In this document: in pieces, positions 62,063 to 64,000 of the stretch
How the letters are laid out: each line of letters opens with the position of its first letter
How positions within the stretch are numbered: the first letter of the stretch is position 1
DNA from: Spirochaetia bacterium
GTDB taxonomy: Bacteria; Spirochaetota; Spirochaetia; SZUA-6; Bin103
Direction: 5' to 3'
Assembly: GCA_965199955.1 (NCBI GenBank)
Contig: CBDATQ010000001.1
Location: forward strand, 2,272,001-2,336,000
DNA: 64,000 nucleotides
Position numbers and translations under genes: made by a program
Notes under the pieces: generated by a model
The model's input: the letters and a program-made list of their open reading frames with translations, nothing else
The model's database searches: none
Told to the model about the DNA's origin: nothing

Positions 62063-63334
62063 TTGTTCGGCGTGATATCGCGCTACGTGGCGCGCGAGTT
62101 CCTGTCCGCGTTCCTGGTCGCCTTCCTGTTCTTCTTCTTCGTGTTCGTCGCCAACGTCCTGTTGGTCACCGCGGAGCAGATCTTCGCGAACCAGGTGCCG
62201 ATCGGGGAGGTGGCGCGCCTGATGCTGTTCTCCCTGCCATTGATCGTCTTCTACTCGGTTCCGTTCGGGACGCTGCTCGGGGCGCTGATGGCGGTCAGCC
62301 GCCTCTCGGCCGACAATGAGGTCATCGCCGTCATGGCAGCGGGCATCCCCCTGCGACGCCTGTTCCTGCCGCTTGCCGCCGCCGGCGTCATCCTGTCCGG
62401 CCTGTCGTTCGTCTTCAACGATCTGCTGCTGCCGGCCAGCAACATCGAGTTCAGCCGGACCTACCGCCGCATGCTCGCCACCAATCCGTCGGTGGAGCTG
62501 GAGCCGTTCGCCGTCGAGCGCTACGAGGGGATGGCGATCGTGACCGGAGCGATCGACGGCGGTACCATCGAGGTGCCCCTGATCCTGGACCGGACGGCCA
62601 CGGGCGAGCGAAGGCTCATCATCGCCGGCAGCGCCTCCTTCGCGGAGAGCACCGCCCAGGACAGTGTCGTATCGCTGCACCTGAAGGACGTGTTCTCCCA
62701 CGTCGCGGACATCGACGAGACGCGGCACGAGTACCTGCGGGCGGACTCCATGGAGTACAACATTCTGCTCCGCGACGTCAGCGGCGCTCTCAGCGCCGCC
62801 GGCCCGGACCAAATGAGCTCGGTCGACCTGCGCCGCGAGATCCGGGGCATGCAGGTGCGATTGGAAACCGAAGGGGAACAGCGCGCCGACACACGAGAAA
62901 GCGAACGCTACCGGCTGCTCGCGGAAGTGGCCGCAGCCGAGCGGACCGTCGCGGCGGACCCCGGACGCCTGCCGGACGAGCGCGACCGGATCGCTGCCAT
63001 CACGACCGGATTCGAGCGGAGCCTGCGCCGGACGGCCTCGGAACGCACCGTGCATACCTACCTGCTGGAGCTTCACAAAAAGTACGCGCTACCGCTGGCC
63101 TGCCTTGCCTTCATGGCTCTTGCCCTTCCCGCCGGCCTGCTTGCACGGCGGTCGGGGCGAACGTTCGGCTTCCTGGTCGGCATCTGCCTCTGCTTTCTCT
63201 ATTGGACGCTGCTGACCGTCGGCGAGACGACCTCGCTGCGCGCCGGCTTCGCACCGGCCCTGCCGGTGTGGCTGCCGAACGCCGTCGTGCTGGTGGCCGC
63301 AGGCGCGATCGCCGTGCTGAACCGCGCCCGATGA
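62063..63334 (+). CDS. lptF: LptF/LptG family permease
   Basis: RYVAREF, RLSADNEVIAVMAAGI, ELHKKYALP, WLPN. Confidence 0.9.
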   Translation: MFGVISRYVAREFLSAFLVAFLFFFFVFVANVLLVTAEQIFANQVPIGEVARLMLFSLPLIVFYSVPFGTLLGALMAVSRLSADNEVIAVMAAGIPLRRLFLPLAAAGVILSGLSFVFNDLLLPASNIEFSRTYRRMLATNPSVELEPFAVERYEGMAIVTGAIDGGTIEVPLILDRTATGERRLIIAGSASFAESTAQDSVVSLHLKDVFSHVADIDETRHEYLRADSMEYNILLRDVSGALSAAGPDQMSSVDLRREIRGMQVRLETEGEQRADTRESERYRLLAEVAAAERTVAADPGRLPDERDRIAAITTGFERSLRRTASERTVHTYLLELHKKYALPLACLAFMALALPAGLLARRSGRTFGFLVGICLCFLYWTLLTVGETTSLRAGFAPALPVWLPNAVVLVAAGAIAVLNRAR

Positions 63335-64000
63335 ACATCCTGCAACGCATGCTGGTGCGCGCATTCCTGCCCGTGTTCGCGGCGGCCGCTGCCTTCTTCG
63401 TGCTGATACTGCTCCTGGTCGACCTGTATCCGAAGCTTTCGGCCTTCGCCGCCAACGAGGTGAGCGTCGCTCAGATCGCCGGCATCGCTGCACTGTACGC
63501 GCCCACGGCCGCCCGGTTCGCGGTGCCGATCGGGCTGCTGTTTGCGATCACGTATACGCTCGGTACGATCCAGGCCCGCAACGAGCTGATCGCCGTCCTC
63601 GGCGCGGGCGTCGGGTTGCGCAGCTTCATGAGCCCGCTGCTCCTGGTCGGCCTGATCGCATCGCCGGGCCTGCTGGCCTTCGACGAAGGCATCGGCACGC
63701 CCGCCCTGCGCGCCTACAACGAGCGGTACCGCGCGGCGGTCGGCCACTCGCTGTTTCTCAACAACACGGACGTCACGGTCCTGGACGAGGGAGGGCGGCG
63801 CGTGTACCGCTCCGACTACTACAACGACCGTGAAGGAGCGTTGCGCGGGCTGACCGTCGTCGTGCGGACGGCGGACGGCCGGCTCGTCAGCCGCACCGAC
63901 GCCGCGCGCGCCGAGTGGATGGACGACCGCTGGATGCTCTACGACGTCCGGCACTATCGGTGGGACGCTGCCGGAGAGCGGTTGATCCAGGAGAGCATCG
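63331..64000 (+). CDS. lptG: LptF/LptG family permease, truncated by window end
   Basis: ATGA overlap; MNILQRMLVRAF.., RNELIAVLGAGV. Confidence 0.85.
   Translation, partial: MNILQRMLVRAFLPVFAAAAAFFVLILLLVDLYPKLSAFAANEVSVAQIAGIAALYAPTAARFAVPIGLLFAITYTLGTIQARNELIAVLGAGVGLRSFMSPLLLVGLIASPGLLAFDEGIGTPALRAYNERYRAAVGHSLFLNNTDVTVLDEGGRRVYRSDYYNDREGALRGLTVVVRTADGRLVSRTDAARAEWMDDRWMLYDVRHYRWDAAGERLIQESI

Overview
High-GC bacterial chromosomal window. Gene order (tamB-bamA-skp-mutS; lepB-yebC-ruvCAB-queA; rimP-nusA-infB-rbfA-truB-ribF-rpsO-pnp-lptF/G) suggests a Spirochaetota organism (inference). Most of it is intact housekeeping DNA: a nine-gene V/A-type ATPase operon with a Na+-type 4-helix proteolipid, ddl, smpB/ssrA, ruvABC, an ExbB-ExbD-TonB motor directly upstream of tamB-bamA-skp, mutS and the nusA/infB/pnp operon. 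One accessory region (~17.0-26.5 kb) lies between the converging 3' ends of tRNA-Glu(CTC) and tmRNA. It holds decayed mobile DNA (IS256-family element, tyrosine integrase remnant, possible terminase fragment, sulfatase and PIN fragments) and intact cargo (a 2-TM plus triple zinc-ribbon gene pair, a Ca2+/Na+ antiporter, and crtI-crtB followed by a His-rich membrane protein of unknown function). Non-coding observations: a ~105-bp dispersed repeat in two inverted copies (one supplies the ruvX start codon), a 131-bp MITE with CTAG ends, short duplications at many gene junctions, a duplicated tmRNA 5' end, no canonical start for ddl, and an AT-shifted synonymous patch in the ddl 3' end. All calls come from motif reading; no database searches were run.
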